DNA of 64,000 nucleotides from assembly GCA_009103225.1 (NCBI GenBank), contig RHPI01003156.1, forward strand, positions 288,537-352,536. Reading direction: 5' to 3'. The translations under genes and the position numbers were made by a program. The DNA is from Chlorokybus atmophyticus. Its lineage: Eukaryota; Plantae; Mesostigma and Chlorokybus algae. A model generated the notes under the pieces. That model had not been told where the DNA came from. It was given only the letters and a program-made list of their open reading frames with translations, and did no database searches. Below, piece after piece: positions 11,555 to 25,089 of this stretch; within the stretch, counting starts at the first letter, position 1, and every line of letters begins with the position of its first letter.

Positions 11555-14500
11555 TTACGAAGCACTAGTACGCCGCGTACTAGTGCTGCCGGGTGTCGTC
11601 CTTGTGGCCGCAATTGGCGCACCAACACCAACACCCCCACCATTGCTACCACCCACATTCCCACTCCCCGCTGTCGGCTTCCCCCCAACAGGAGGCTTCC
11701 CCCCACTTCCACTATTATTCCCACTCCCACTCACCCCCTCCTTCTTATTCTTCAGCAACCAATCCGGTATCCCCGTCTGCACGTTCATTGTCGTCCCAAA
11801 CGTCTTGTTGTAGCTCTCCTCTCTATTGAACAACTCCCTCTTAAGCGTCTCCACGTGGGCTTCCAACTCACGCGCGAACGCCTCCCGCTCCGCGCACGCG
11901 CGCTGCAACTCGGCCATGCGAGCCACGTCCTCGTCGCGCGAGTCGCGAGCGTTGAAACGAGACTCGAGGGAACGGTAGCGGCGCTGCAGGTCGGCGTAGC
12001 GATCCTCCATAGCATCCTGTGAGAGTGTGCGAGTGTGCGTGCGCACTCATGCATGCGTGCATGTATGTGGGTGTGTGCGCGTTATATTGTACATGCGCGC
12101 ATGTGTACACTATACACACATACCGTATACACACAAACATAGGTATCTGAACACAAACGACACATGTACGCACGCACATGCATCTACATCGTGCCCCACA
12201 CAACATCCACCCTGTTCCCACCCACCACCCCCTCGCTCTCTCACCTGTGCGCGCGCCAGTTCTTCGTTGAGCGCCCTCGTCTCCCCGATATTCTCCTGCA
12301 TGAGCGCGTCAACGGCGGCGCGGTGGCGCGCGACCAGGGCGGCCTCGCTCGCTGCAGACTCTTCGCGAAGCTGCTTGATGGTGTGGATCAGCTCGGAACG
12401 CTTGTCTTGCAACGACTGCTGCGTCGAGGAGAGCTCCGACTCGAGGGATGCGCGACGCTCGCGCAGAAGAGCAACCTCACCGTCCTGAGTAGTGGTTGAT
12501 CATGACCCCACATGTGCACATGCGTGTGTGCGCGCGTGTGTGTCTTGCACACACATGCGTTTGTGTGTTCAACTAACACACCCACACATGTGTGTGTGCG
12601 AGCAAGCATGTCACAGCAGAGCATTATAAGTGTCTCTGCAAGTAACCAGTATGCAACACACCTTCTCCTTGCACAAGTTTTGCAGGTCACTAATCTCACG
12701 CTTGAGCGCCATCTCCGCAGCTGCATGCGCGACAACCATCTGCACAGCCACAGCTCATCGGATACATTATCAATACCAATCCCGCACGCCCACCCACCCA
12801 CCCACCCACCCACTCACCTCTCCCTTCTCCTTGTTATGCTCCGCCGCCATCCCCTCCTTGACCCCCTTCTCCCCCTCCTCCCTCTCCCTCCTCATCCGGT
12901 CTCTTATCTCATGGGCCTTCGCCTGCCACTCCTCGATGGTGTTTCTTAGCACGGCCTCGGTCTCGGCCGCCATCGATGCGCGCTCCGACGCGTGGGCGCT
13001 TTCAGTTGATGATAGAACGGCGGCAGATCGCGCGCGCTCGTCCTCAAGATGGCGAGCGGCCTCCTCCAACGCGGTGGACAACGCGAGGCGGTGATCCGCA
13101 CGCGCCTTCTCCAGCCTCTCCTCGGCGGCGGCCTCTATGCTCTGCAAAAAGAGATCATGTGTTGTATGTAGCATAGCGCGTAGCATAGCCTGGCAACATG
13201 CGCGCACGCTCGCACATACGTATGCACGCACACACACATGCAGCGATAGTGCGTGTGTGCACGCGCGTGGATGTTTGTGCATGTGGGTGTGTGACTTCAC
13301 AGCGTAGCAGAGCATGCCATAGCTACACATAATACAATGGCACTCGTCTCCACGTTTTACATGTGGCACACACCTTGATCTCCTCCGCATGTAGTTGGTT
13401 GAGTCGTTGTTTCTCCGCCTCGTGTTGCGCGTGTGCTGCCTCCCGCTCTCGTTCGTGTCGCGCGCGCGCGGCCTCGCGCTCGTCCGCGGCGACACGTAGC
13501 TGCGCGATGAGCTCGGCCTCGCGTCCCTTGGCGTCGCGAGTGAGTCGCTCCATCAGCTCCGCCTTCTCGCGCGCCTTCTCCTCCTCCTTCGACTCGTACA
13601 GCTGACGAAGCTCCAGCTGGTGAGCCTCCAGCGTGTCCGCCATTGCCTTGCGCACACGCTCCTCCGCCCTCTACACAAGCACACACCATTGTGGTCGTTG
13701 ACTCCTCGACATCGACATCAACATCACACGCAAAGTGCACCTTGGCCCAATCGTCGTTGCATCGCTGCAGCTCCACGGCCAGCCTCTCCTTGGCAGACTA
13801 AGACACGCATACATGTTACACAACTTTGTGCACGGACACATGCACCAGACTGGGAGACACGCATGAACACAGACACACACACCTGTGCGGCAGCTTCGGC
13901 GGCGCGCTTGAGGGCCTCGACGTCTCTGCGCAGGGCCTCAGCCACCGCGGCAGCCCCGCTCTGCTCCCGCCTCGCCGCCTCAGCCTGAGAGACACACAAA
14001 CCCACATGCTACTCCCGCCACAACACGTTTGACACACACACGCGCGCGCACGCCTCCTCACCTCTTCCTTAAGTGCCTTGACCTCTCTCCTCAACGCCTT
14101 CTCCTCCGCGGCTGCCTTCTCCACCCTCTCCTCCAGTCTCGCTCTGGCATCCTCTCCTCTCCTCACCCTCTCCTCCACCTCCACCTTCTCCCTCGCATGC
14201 ATCTCCGCCGCAGCAACGCGCATACGCTCATTCTCTGCGGCATTCTGCATGAGCTCCGCTATCTGTATCTTCAACTCATTTCTTGCTCGTTGGTACTCCT
14301 CCGCCTTCTCCGCGGCCTTCTTTTCCAGTCTACCTATAACACACAACATGGACACATATGGGACATGTGCTCCTGCTTATGATAGCAAAACCTGCGGTCA
14401 TTGCCTAGTGGTTAAGGCGCAATGTTACACTACCCGTCTCATTCGTGCGCTCTTCGTCGAGGCGCTTCTTGAGGTCACCCATCTGGATGCGGAGGGACTC

Positions 14501-17500
14501 CTCGCGGTCGGCGAGCTTGAGGGCGGCGGCCTTGCGATGCTCGTCGAGACGGTGGGAGGATTCAACATCGGCGTCCTCGAGACGCTTGAGGTGGGAAGCG
14601 CGGGCCTCCTCGAGCTTGCGCTCCATCTGCTTCTTCACGCGCTCACCCGCAGCCGCACTCTAGTAATGCATCATCAACAATTACAACCGTAACATCATCA
14701 AACTAATGATGAACACAACAACAACAACAACAACAACAATGACAACACTAACAACATCATTGCCTACCGCTGTCTGGACTTCTTGTCTAAGTCGTTCTGC
14801 CTCTGCGTCCATCTGCTTGGCTTTCTTCTGCGCTTCGCTCTCGGCCGCCGCCAGCGCGTGACGCAGCTCGCTCTCGCGACGCACAGCGCTCGACGTCGCC
14901 TTGTCCAACTGCATGATAAAAGTGGGGCAACAAGTGTTACTTGATAATGTTGGGTTGCAGTAGAGTGGTTGTTAGTCAAACGCGTGCCTCGGCTTTCATT
15001 TGCTGCAGCTGCGTCGACTGCGTCCCCGCAGCGTCCTTGGAGCTCAACAGATCCCCTCGCAGAGTACTCAACTGCGGGGATGATAATAATGTTGTTGTTG
15101 TTGTTGTTGTTGCTGATGATATTGATGATGATGATGATGTCGTGCCTGTGTTTCTTTGTCTACGAGGTCGGCGGTGAGCTTTTCCACAGCCTCTTTGTCC
15201 TTGTGCTGCGCGGCACGCAGCTTCTCCAGCTCGGCGTCCAGGGCCGCGGCATGCGTGCGATGCTTCGCTTTGGCAGCTTCCAACTCTTCCACCGCCTTGG
15301 CAAGCTGAGCCCTACACGCACACAACAATAGAACTTGTGTGCGCGCATGTGTATGCGCGGTCATGCGTGTGCGTGTGCCTGCGCGATCATGTGTGCACGC
15401 GAGTGTGCGAGTGCATGGGTGTGTGCATACACATGCATGATGTGCACATATGAACCCTTTCCCACCATCCCATTCGCACTCACCTTGCGGCGCTTCCATC
15501 CTTCTCCGCGGCCTCCCTTATCCGCCGCATCTGCTCTTTCAGCTCTGATACCTCGGTCGCGGCTGCCTCCACGGCGCTCTGAGCGTCCTTCAACTGCGCC
15601 GACAGGGACGCAGTCGTCGCCTCAGACTCTTCCAACGCACTCTCGAGCGCGACGCGCACGCGGGCACTCTGTGAAGAGGAGCAGTAAGTCTTGTCACGAG
15701 AAGCAGTGACAAGGGGTACAGTAGCAACAACCATGGTCAACAATTGTTCTCGCTGTTGTTGCCGGTGTGATGTTGTCAACAACGACAATGACGACAACAA
15801 CAACAACAACAACAACACTACACGTGCCTCGTTGAGGGCGTTCTGTGCCTCTTTGGCGCGTGCTTCGCCCTCCGCCACAGCGACATTGAGTCTCAACACG
15901 TTGGCGTTCATCTCCTCCACGGCCGTGTCCACAGCAGCCTTCTCACTCTCCCGTGCCTCGCGCTCTCTAACCAACTCGCGCGTGTGCTCGGCCCTCTCGG
16001 CGTCTCTCTCCCGCAAGGCCGTGCCGCGTTCTTGTCTCAGTGTGGACACTTTGGAGGTGAGGTCGGCGATGTGGGTTTGCGTGTCGGTGTGGGTTTTGGT
16101 AAGGGCGTTGAGTTGGGACTTGAGGGCGTCCTCGGCGTTGAGGCGCTCCGTCAACATCTCCGTGTACTTCTTGTTGGACTCCTTCACGAGCGTGTCCACC
16201 TCGCTCTGGTGCGCTCTCACGACCTCGTCCATCTGAGTGTGTGCGCGTGCGTGTGTGTGTGTGACGCATTACAATATGTACAACACGTGTGCGTGCGAGG
16301 GTGCGGGTCTTACTTGTGCCTGGAGGGCTTGAAGGGCGGCGGTGTTGTTGGCGTTGTTGTTGCTGCGTGTGGCTTGCTCGTTGGCCACGCGCAGGGCGTC
16401 CGACAGCGACGCCAGCTGCGATGCGAAACCGCGCTTCACCTCCTCCACCTCCCTGTCACATAGTGTGTCGGATGTCCTGTACTGCGTATTTGTGTGTACG
16501 CCAATGTCTCCTACCTTGTAAGGGCACTAATGCGGTCTTCCGCCATCTTCTCCACTGCGGCCTCGCGCTCTGCCACTCTCTGGACAGCAGAGATACAAGT
16601 CAACACAACCACACGCACGCATGTGAACACGCACCCTTACCCACACATACACGCGCACCTGCTTATACGCAGCAAACTCCGCTAAGGCCTGTCTCCTTGC
16701 CTCATCATGCTTCTCATTTTGCGCCTGCACACGTACCCCACATCCCTCAACACCCAACACATCCCCCTTCTCACCCCATCCCACTCCCCTCTCTCTCTCT
16801 CAACACTCACCTTGATTGCGTCCGCGACGCGCGCTGCGTCGTGTTTGGCGTCGATGTCCTTTTTGAACCGCTGCAGTCGCGCGGCCGCGTCCGACAATAT
16901 GCGTTCGATCTCGGACTCATGGGACTCGGCGGACTCGGCGAGCTCGAAGGCGGCGCCGATGCCGACGCCGCCGTCCTCGGCAGACTTGGCGTTGAGGTGG
17001 TAGATCACCTGAGTGGGTACGTGTGGATGAGGCAGGGTGTGTGCGCGTGTGCGTGTGCGTCTGTGTGGGGGCACGCGCGTGCACACGCACAGACATACAG
17101 ATATGCCCGTGTGGGTGCGCATGGGTGCAAGTGAGCGGGCGTACGTACGCCTATGCACGTGTGCGCAATGACACGCCTGTGTGTGCGCGCCTTCATTACT
17201 CCGTTGGCAAGAGGAGNNNNNNNNNNNNNNNNNNNNNNNNNNNNNNNNNNNNNNNNNNNNNNNNNNNNNNNNNNNNNNNNNNNNNNNNNNNNNNNNNNNN
17301 NNNNNNNNNNNNNNNNNNNNNNNNNNNNNNNNNNNNNNNNNNNNNNNNNNNNNNNNNNNNNNNNNNNNNNNNNNNNNNNNNNNNNNNNNNNNNNNNNNNN
17401 NNNNNNNNNNNNNNNNNNNNNNNNNNNNNNNNNNNNNNNNNNNNNNNNNNNNNNNNNNNNNNNNNNNNNNNNNNNNNNNNNNNNNNNNNNNNNNNNNNNN

Positions 17501-18111
17501 NNNNNNNNNNNNNNNNNNNNNNNNNNNNNNNNNNNNNNNNNNNNNNNNNNNNNNNGGGGAGGGGGGGAGTGTGCGTGTACAAAGGTTGGGCACGGGTGTG
17601 TGCGTGTGTGAGTGTGCATATGCGTGTGCGTTGGTGTCTCTGACTGTAAGCGCGCGCGCGTTTGTGTGTGGGCGTGTGTGGGCGCGCGTGTGCGTGGGTG
17701 TGGGCGCACGCGCACTTAGGTGTGCATTAAGTTTACTCTCAAAAGGCGTCGTATACACAAGACTTTTGTATGTTTTGTACAGATGTGAGTGCACAACCTG
17801 TGGCGACCATCAACTTCTTGTAAGACTACACAGGGACTCGAGCACAAGTTGCAAAGTATGTACAACAGAAGCACCCAACTGTCTGTTGGATGTTGTGATA
17901 TCAAAGTGTACAAGTATATCCGGTGATTGTTTCAAGTGGAAGTGTTCAGCAAGCAAATACAGTTTAAGTACTTGTGCTTTTTTGGTTGTTTTGCTGCTGA
18001 ACGAAATCATCTCTACATGGTGGGCCTTGCCTTGGTCAGCTGGGCAATCTTCTTGCTCATGCGCAGCTGCAGCTCCGCCCATTGCGCCTCCCCATTTACC
18101 ATCACCGACAT
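11555..18111 (-). CDS. FAM184-like long coiled-coil protein, about 19 exons, roughly 1150-1200 aa
   Basis: Exon 1 (18111-18031) plus exon 2 (17008-16811) give LRMSKKIAQLTK|VIYHLN, the FAM184 N-terminal signature. The last exon (12016-11555) has RFNARDSRDEDV...RELFNREESYNKTFG, like the FAM184 C-terminal ELVNRETNFNKVF motif. E/A/R/K-rich coiled-coil exons lie between (e.g. 16724-16659, 16579-16515, 16452-16314, 16232-~15828, 15668-15484). A few internal donor positions are ambiguous. Confidence 0.85.
17217..17555. other. Assembly gap (N run) inside intron 1 of the FAM184-like gene
   Basis: 339 consecutive N. Confidence 0.99.
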
Positions 18112-18137
18112 CGCTACTATCTCTCTCCAACTCTCGC

Positions 18138-18193
18138 GGCCTGGCCTGGCCTGGCCTGGCCTGGTCCGGCCTGGCCTGGCCTGGTGTGGCCTG
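18138..18193 (-). repeat. (CCAGG)n pentamer run in the short bidirectional promoter region
   Basis: Plus strand ggcctggcctggcctggcctggcctggtccggcctggcctggcctgg reads (CCAGG)n on the FAM184-like sense strand, 27-80 bp upstream of its ATG. Confidence 0.8.
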
Positions 18194-18336
18194 ATGCAGT
18201 TAGTTTGGCCTGATGCAGCAGTTAGCACAAACAAACCGTATCTCATAACGCCGTTAGTCTTGACGAGTTTCGGCGCGCCGATCGCGGTTAGAGCCACAAC
18301 GGTTACCCATTGTTAAAGACGACTGTGGTTAGATTG

Positions 18337-20118
18337 ATGGCGGCGGCGGCAGCGGCGGCAGCGACCTCAGCGCGACACGTGGTAACAGGTTGCTGCTGCT
18401 ATTGGCGTCGTCGCCCTCACCAAGCTCTGGCTGCCACCAACGCAGAGTCAACCACAACCTCGTCGACGTCGTCTTCTTCCTCCCTGCTCTGCCTCAGCCG
18501 CCCTCTCTCCCTCAAAGCCAATCTAAGGTGTGCTCACACCTTAGCAAAGCCAGGCAATGGTGACTTTTGGGTCATGCGCATCCTTCCTCCAAAACAGCAC
18601 CATAGTTGACAATCGAACCCCAAATTGGACCCTCAAGGCCTGTGTTCGTCGTTAGCACTGAAAGACATGCATAGGTGTGGGTACACACGCACATACTCTC
18701 TCTCTCTCTCTATATATATATATATCCGTGTCATGCGCGCACACGTGTTTACACACTCACACGCTTGCTTGCACACACACATCTCAGGTGACAGCCATGC
18801 GTTTCCAGTCAGTTACCCAACCCACCTTGCATGCATATCACCAATTATGCAGCAATCTTCTTCAATGCGACAAACAAGCATGGTTTGACTATAATCATGC
18901 ATGTCGATAGATTACCGCGTGCGCGAAGGCGAACAAGGAGGCGAAGCAGCAGCAGCAGCAGCAGCAGCAGAGTGCACAGTCATACCAACGATACAAGCAG
19001 CGGCGGCACTGACCCACACCGTCATCGCCACAATGACGCTGTTGGTGACTGCATGCAGGGGGCATCTCTGCTGTCACCTTCGCCTTCCGGACAGGACCGC
19101 GCAGGGGAAGAGATTGCTGGGAGTGTTGTGCAGAATTCGAGCGTAGGCGAGAGTGTTGGTGGGCTTCGCGAGGATGAGGACAACGGGACCAATGGTGTTG
19201 GGAACGACGATCACGGCGGAGGCACGCGCTTCGAGTATAGACACAGCAACCCCACAGGCACACTTGTGGTAGGTGGTAGAAGTGACCACGCATTGATGAG
19301 AACAGTAACATCATCATTATGGTCATCGTCGTTGTGGCTGACTCCAAGGTGAGGAGTCTGACCAAAGACTTGCTTGAGCCGACTGCCGAGTTGCTTGCCA
19401 ACTCCTTTGCCGACACGATGGGACTCGTGTACAGGTGTGCTAGACACACAAGCGCTCGTTGTCTCACTCCAACTCTTGTTCTCATTTTACCTTTCACTTG
19501 CATGCGCAGGCCCTTTTTGCGTCGAACGGTCCGCGAGTATCTTGCTGAGCGCATGGAGCTTAACCCGGACGCGGTGTGTCTGACGGGTCTGCTGTACGCG
19601 TCGGTGGACCGGCCGCCCGTCCTCGTGGGCACCGTTGAGGTCTCCTTTACAGACAAGACAAGACCGGCCTTCCTCACGCTCAACCCACCCAACGATGCCA
19701 CGTACCTGTGCAACATGGCCGTCGCACCCGAGTTCAGAAGGTAAGGGTTGGTAGGAGATACATGCCAGGATGTTGCTCTGCTATACTAAACAGCTGTTGA
19801 ATAATCAGCCAGCCACCACAGTGGTATGGCTAACAGGTTGTCGTAGTTATAGCGACAGCTACGAGCCTCATGCTGTAACACGCGTGGTTGTGTGGCAGGC
19901 GTGGTTTGGGTCGTCAGCTGCTGTTTGCGGCGGAGGCCCTTGTGCTTCACATGCGCAGGGCGGAGGTGTACCTTCACGTGCGCATTGTGGACAAGCCCGC
20001 GGCGCGCCTGTACGCCACCACGGGCTACCAACCCGTCTGCACCGATGGATTGCTCTCCCTCCTGCTGCTGCAGCGACGACGCGTGCTCATGCGCAAACAC
20101 ATACACCTCACACAGTGA
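18337..20118 (+). CDS. GNAT-family N-acetyltransferase, probably plastid-targeted, 5 exons, about 361 aa
   Basis: Exons 18337-18527, 18911-19268, 19349-19434, 19510-19740, 19899-20118 join in frame (1086 nt). Motifs: LVGTVEVS, YLCNMAV, acetyl-CoA loop RRRGLGRQLL, VYLHV, AARLYATTGY. Long Ala/Ser-rich N-terminus. Confidence 0.85.
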
Positions 20119-22107
20119 CACAGGGAGGGGCGGGGGGGATAGGATGGCACGAGCTGTAAGCGGTGCACAGGGTGCACAGGGTAGGGGCATGTAGGCTCAT
20201 AAAGGATGCTCCAACATGGGTATGTGATCTTTCGCAATTGGTGAGGTTGCGGATATTACTACTAGGTAGGTGATTTGCGATAAGGCCTACTATTGCCACA
20301 TGCAACACATATGGGTTATGTCATGCGTGAAATTATTGAGATCATTGTGGCCGCTTTAATCAACGTATTTTATGGTGCATTGCACATAAGATCACAATGT
20401 AGATGTAATGCAATGAGATGCAATGCAATGTGTACTGGGTAGGCAGCTACGCATGCTAGCATATGTGTGTGTGCACAAGCATGCGGGCTGGCCCAAGCCC
20501 GTGGTATGTTGTGCAATGTGTCATGTGCTCGTCACACCCACTCACCCTCATCCATGGTAAAGTGGCGAGCGCCACACAGCCATTGCCATATCCACAGCCA
20601 TACACACCATACACCCCGCACACCCCAACCCATCATCACCTAAAAGGAAACGCCATAGTGAGCAAGTGGCCAAGTGGGCAACCGCCCACTGTGGTTTCCT
20701 GGCCTTTACTCCGGACTTTTAGGGTTGGGTACTATTGCGCCCAAATGCGTATTAATGAGTTAGCAGTCACAGAGTCAGTATTGTATTCGGGAGTCAGCAG
20801 CAGGCAGGTAGTGGCATGTGTTGATGATGCATTAGCACGGTGTTAGCCCTGTGCTAGTGATGCCGCATCACTAGCACACATGCTAATGATTAGCATGTGT
20901 GCTAGGTGTTAGCTAAGCAGCAGCAAAGAGCAGCAAAGTGTAGTTGACGCCAATCCATGCCCAATGTAAATTTGTAAAACTATTTGAGACAACTTTCCGA
21001 GCAGTATCATTTCCGTGAGGTTGAGATATAATCCTTGATGCCACGATACATGAATCGCACTGCTTATGTTGACTTGCGCGGACACACTCGTCACCTTTCC
21101 AAGTGCCCATCCATCATTATAGCACCCACGAATTGGCATTTCATGGGTAGGAGCATGATATTTATTGCGCTTGTCGAGCACCTCTGTGGCAAACAGTTGA
21201 TGGATATATTGTCGCACACACACATGCTTTAACTTACCTCGTCATAATAATTTCATTACTCATTACCGTGTTTCATTCCACTGCAGCCATTGGCAATGAC
21301 TTGCGAAAGCTAACCGCTGTAAGGACAACGAGAAAGATGCATCATTAATTGTACATTACTGTCGTTTGCGATTTTCATGACACTAACATGGTTGCGATAC
21401 TTGTATGTTCAAAAGCGATAACAATATATCGGGTTGCGCAGGGTTGAGCGTTGAACTGTTTCACATAGCATCAGAGGAACTGTGCTGCGGCTGAGGAAGC
21501 AGGGCAGCTAAACTGGGCAGCAATGGTCTGCGCGCTACTGTAGTCATAGGTAAAGGCAAAAGAGTACCCCCCCTGCGGGAAGTGTGCAGTGGAAAGGGTG
21601 ACTATGATTCCAAGGATGAGGTAGAACGCGGGGAGTCACGATGTCAACAAGCCATCACTAGTGTAGTGCTGTAACTACAGAACCTTGTGTGAGTGAAAAT
21701 GGGTATATCAACTGTTAAGTGAGGTGAATGAATGCAGCAACAAAGTGATGCCACACTTGAATGATATCTGTTCACACCGTGCCCACAATGCCGCGAAGCT
21801 CTCACACAATGAGAAACAGTGCACACGCTGCTGACGTTGCACTCTCTCACAGGTATGACGGCTTTTGGGGACGGCTTGTGTACAATCGCACCCCTTCACA
21901 ACTTGTTGTCTTCAAGTCTCGTATAACACAACACTCGCAGGTTGCAATAGCAAACTTTAGGCTTCACAACAAAAGCTGCTATTACACTTTCCCCAAGTCT
22001 ATGCGCTCGTACTCACTTAGAGTTTTACAAAGTATATAAGTAAACAGTCTGTCTACTTATGAACACATGTGAGCCATCAGTCAACAAGCTGATGACGATT
22101 CGTTACC

Positions 22108-23037
22108 TGTTCACCACTGAACTGTCCAGTTTAAACGAGCAGAACGCGAGTCTGTCCACGGGTAGCGTGGTGAACTCACAACGGATCGGCTAGAATCGGG
22201 GGACGCCCTGGTCGGAAGTTGCAAGGTCTTGGCTGGATTGCGAGGTGAGGTGGTCGTGACTTCCAATAAATAGCTAGCAAAGTTGCGGGGATAGGGTCTC
22301 AACGAATCAGCTACGCAGGGTACCTATGCGGACTGTCTCGGAGTTGGCTAATGACGGTTGGAGACTGATACCAGTAGCGCGGGAGAGTCGGACTTGTTGA
22401 AGGCAACCGCAATGCTGGCAGCTCGAGGCAGGCTGAGTGTAGGCATACACGAGGAGAATGAGCCAGCCTAGAATGTTAGCATAACAAATACCAGCATTGA
22501 TTGTTGGATGACAATATAAACAATACGTACCTTTTGGCCTAGTATACTGCACCGGCTTGTGGACTCAATACAAGCATATTTATTAAGCATAGGGTATAAG
22601 TCGACGCGCAAGTCATGTGCACATACAAATGGTGTGCGAGCAATCGCTAGCAGCTAACAGAGAGCGGACTAGCACAAATCATTACAACCCATGTGGCCCT
22701 ATGCTTCTGCTACACTAGTGCTCTATGTGCGTGCGGTGCAATCTGTGGCCAACCAGTGAGAACTCAGTGTGACCGATCTGTGGACCACAAGTAGGGGAGC
22801 ATTATTGCAAAATAATTGTTCCGTGTTGTATCCTGCTAGCAACATGGTGAATAATTAAACATGGTTTGCTACATAATCACAATTAACAGACGCATTGGAG
22901 GTAACATGTTAAAATTATAGACAATTGATGACGTATTGTTATTAAACTGTATCTAATCGAATTAAACCCCGCCTTATACACCATTCGGTCAAACAAAGGG
23001 GCGGGAGCCGTTTTGGATAAGAATAGGGTCCATCACA
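22108..23037. repeat. Possible LTR-like remnant
   Basis: TG...CA bounded, ORF-poor segment with composition similar to the other LTRs here. No TSD and no second copy found. Confidence 0.25.
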
Positions 23038-23589
23038 CGCCCTCAATAGAGAAAAGGGAGGGAGCGGGGGCTGTATGCAAAGTTTGGGCTCCCATTCATA
23101 TAAATGCGGTATGTTCATATATACACGTGTGCCGCTTGTGTCTCAGATATGCCAGCGTTCCTCACCGCTAATAGTGCCTGCCTACCTCCTCCCCTGCCTG
23201 CTTCTTTGCCTCTACCCCTGTGCTTGCGTTAGTTTACATTGTTCAGTCCTTGGGGGCCCGGGCCAGCCCGTTGCTAGTGCTGTTTTTTCTTGCATCCGTA
23301 AGTGTAACCGCCGTGGTCTTATGTGCCTCAACTGATGAATGCTTACACACTTGCTTGCAATTTGTCCACGTATATGAGTATACCGCATTTATTGTCATAT
23401 ATATGCGTATGAGCAATTAAACACAAATCATTATGATGTTTCATTGGCATATACTTAAAATAGTTATGATTTCCATAAATATTATACAACTCGTGTATCG
23501 TACATAACACCCATAAAGTAAACTCTACACGCATTATATTACTGTAGTATCTTTGTAACAAAATTAACTTCATGCGAGCAATTTACGAA

Positions 23590-24848
23590 ATGTTTACCAA
23601 CTTTTCGGCGCCCGATGCATGCATTCCAGTGCATGGTTACTGCAATGTATACGTTGGCAAGGTTTTCCCCCATTAACAGCGAGGAGCCATTCTGCTGTGC
23701 AGCAAAGGTTGAGGGGGTCAGCCCCACTGAGGACGATAATGTCAAGGGTGACATTTGGTTAGACCAAGATGCCCTAATGTACTTGAAGCCCGGGACCAAC
23801 CCACCACCTACAAGTTGAACTGTCAAGTTCTCTGAATAAGGCCCGCGCGTGGCGCCATTTGCAAAGCTATGGCTAGAGAGAGGAAAAGGTTCACAAGATC
23901 ATGAAAAATGGCACCACTAAAGTGGTGCCACCACTTTATGAAAGGATAGATGTTGTGCGCAAGCCGCACAATCAACTGGGACATTTTGAAGTCAAGCGCA
24001 CACTAACGCTGGTAACTACCACGTATTGGTGGGCAGGAGAGGCCGCAATGGTTGCCGCCATTGTACAACAGTTTGTGGAATATGACACGGTGAAAGATAC
24101 TTTTAACACGAAGCATCCAGAGCTTAACCCACTCCCTATTCAAGAGTGGATTTATCGCTGGAGTAAGAACTTGGCAGGAAACCTACCTGTCAGAGAAAGA
24201 GGTCATCACTACATTATAGTGATAATTGTGCATTTCAGCAGGTGGGTGGAAGTGACTCCACTAAGGAAGGCGAGCAACACCATCATATAGACTATCCTCA
24301 ATCAGGTGTTAATAAAATTTCGGCGGGTGTGTAGAGGTGCTCATCGATTAGAGCCCTGCTTTGTTGACCACCGCCATACGCACCGCAACCATCCGTCGGC
24401 GGATGGTCTTGTCGAGCGAATGGTGAAAATCTGTGAAGGGAGGACTGAGCAAATTTCGCCGCAGTCACGACAAGAGCAATTGGAATCTTTAGCTGCCATG
24501 GCTTATGATGGGGTACGGGCGCAGCCGACATGCTGCGTTGGGGGCATACACCCTCGTATTTTTTGCTATATGGCCGCCACCCAACGCTGTCGACCTTATT
24601 ATGGGGGTCCAGTACAAAGAAGGGAGGGGGACATTGTCGTCGTTGTATTCATCCTTTTCAAGAGTGAGCCAGCCCACGGGGATGTTGTAGCACAGGGGGT
24701 TTGCCTCCGCTACACAGGCAATAAAGCCCGCGCTCATGGCATCAGGGTTTGCCCTGCTTGGCCAAGTGTACCTTTTTGGCATCGCCAATGCGCGGGTATC
24801 TACCACCGCCGCCATTGTGGGCATGCCAACTCACGTGCACAAGATTAA
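23590..24848 (+). pseudogene. Degraded Ty3/gypsy integrase region
   Basis: IWLDQDALMYL (compare IWLDKPSLSFL at ~51850), zinc-finger remnant HNQLGHFEVKRT...YWWAG, PLPIQ, HPSADGLVERMV; stops and frameshifts. Confidence 0.8.
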
Positions 24849-25089
24849 CGGCGTGTAACATAAGGCATTGTTTGACGTTGTCATCTTAAATTCATGAGAG
24901 AACTTGAAAGCCATTATAGAGGTAGTTATTGAGCACCAGCCTACACGACGGTTATCAGCACGACAATTGTTGACTGTGATTTAAGGAACCCACTGATAAT
25001 AAAGTGAACCTTTGGAAAACCACCCTTGTAGGAGAGCATTCATGTTTGATGTGTGTATTTATTACAGACATACTCGTTGAGCTATTCAG

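Noticed and set aside
12027-17794. Many overlapping H/T/C/V-rich ORFs in the ORF track
   Set aside because: They are translations of CA/TG-rich introns or antisense frames of the FAM184-like exons.
22108-23037. Intact solo LTR
   Set aside because: Flanks (TTACC vs CGCCC) are not a TSD; kept only as a low-confidence remnant.
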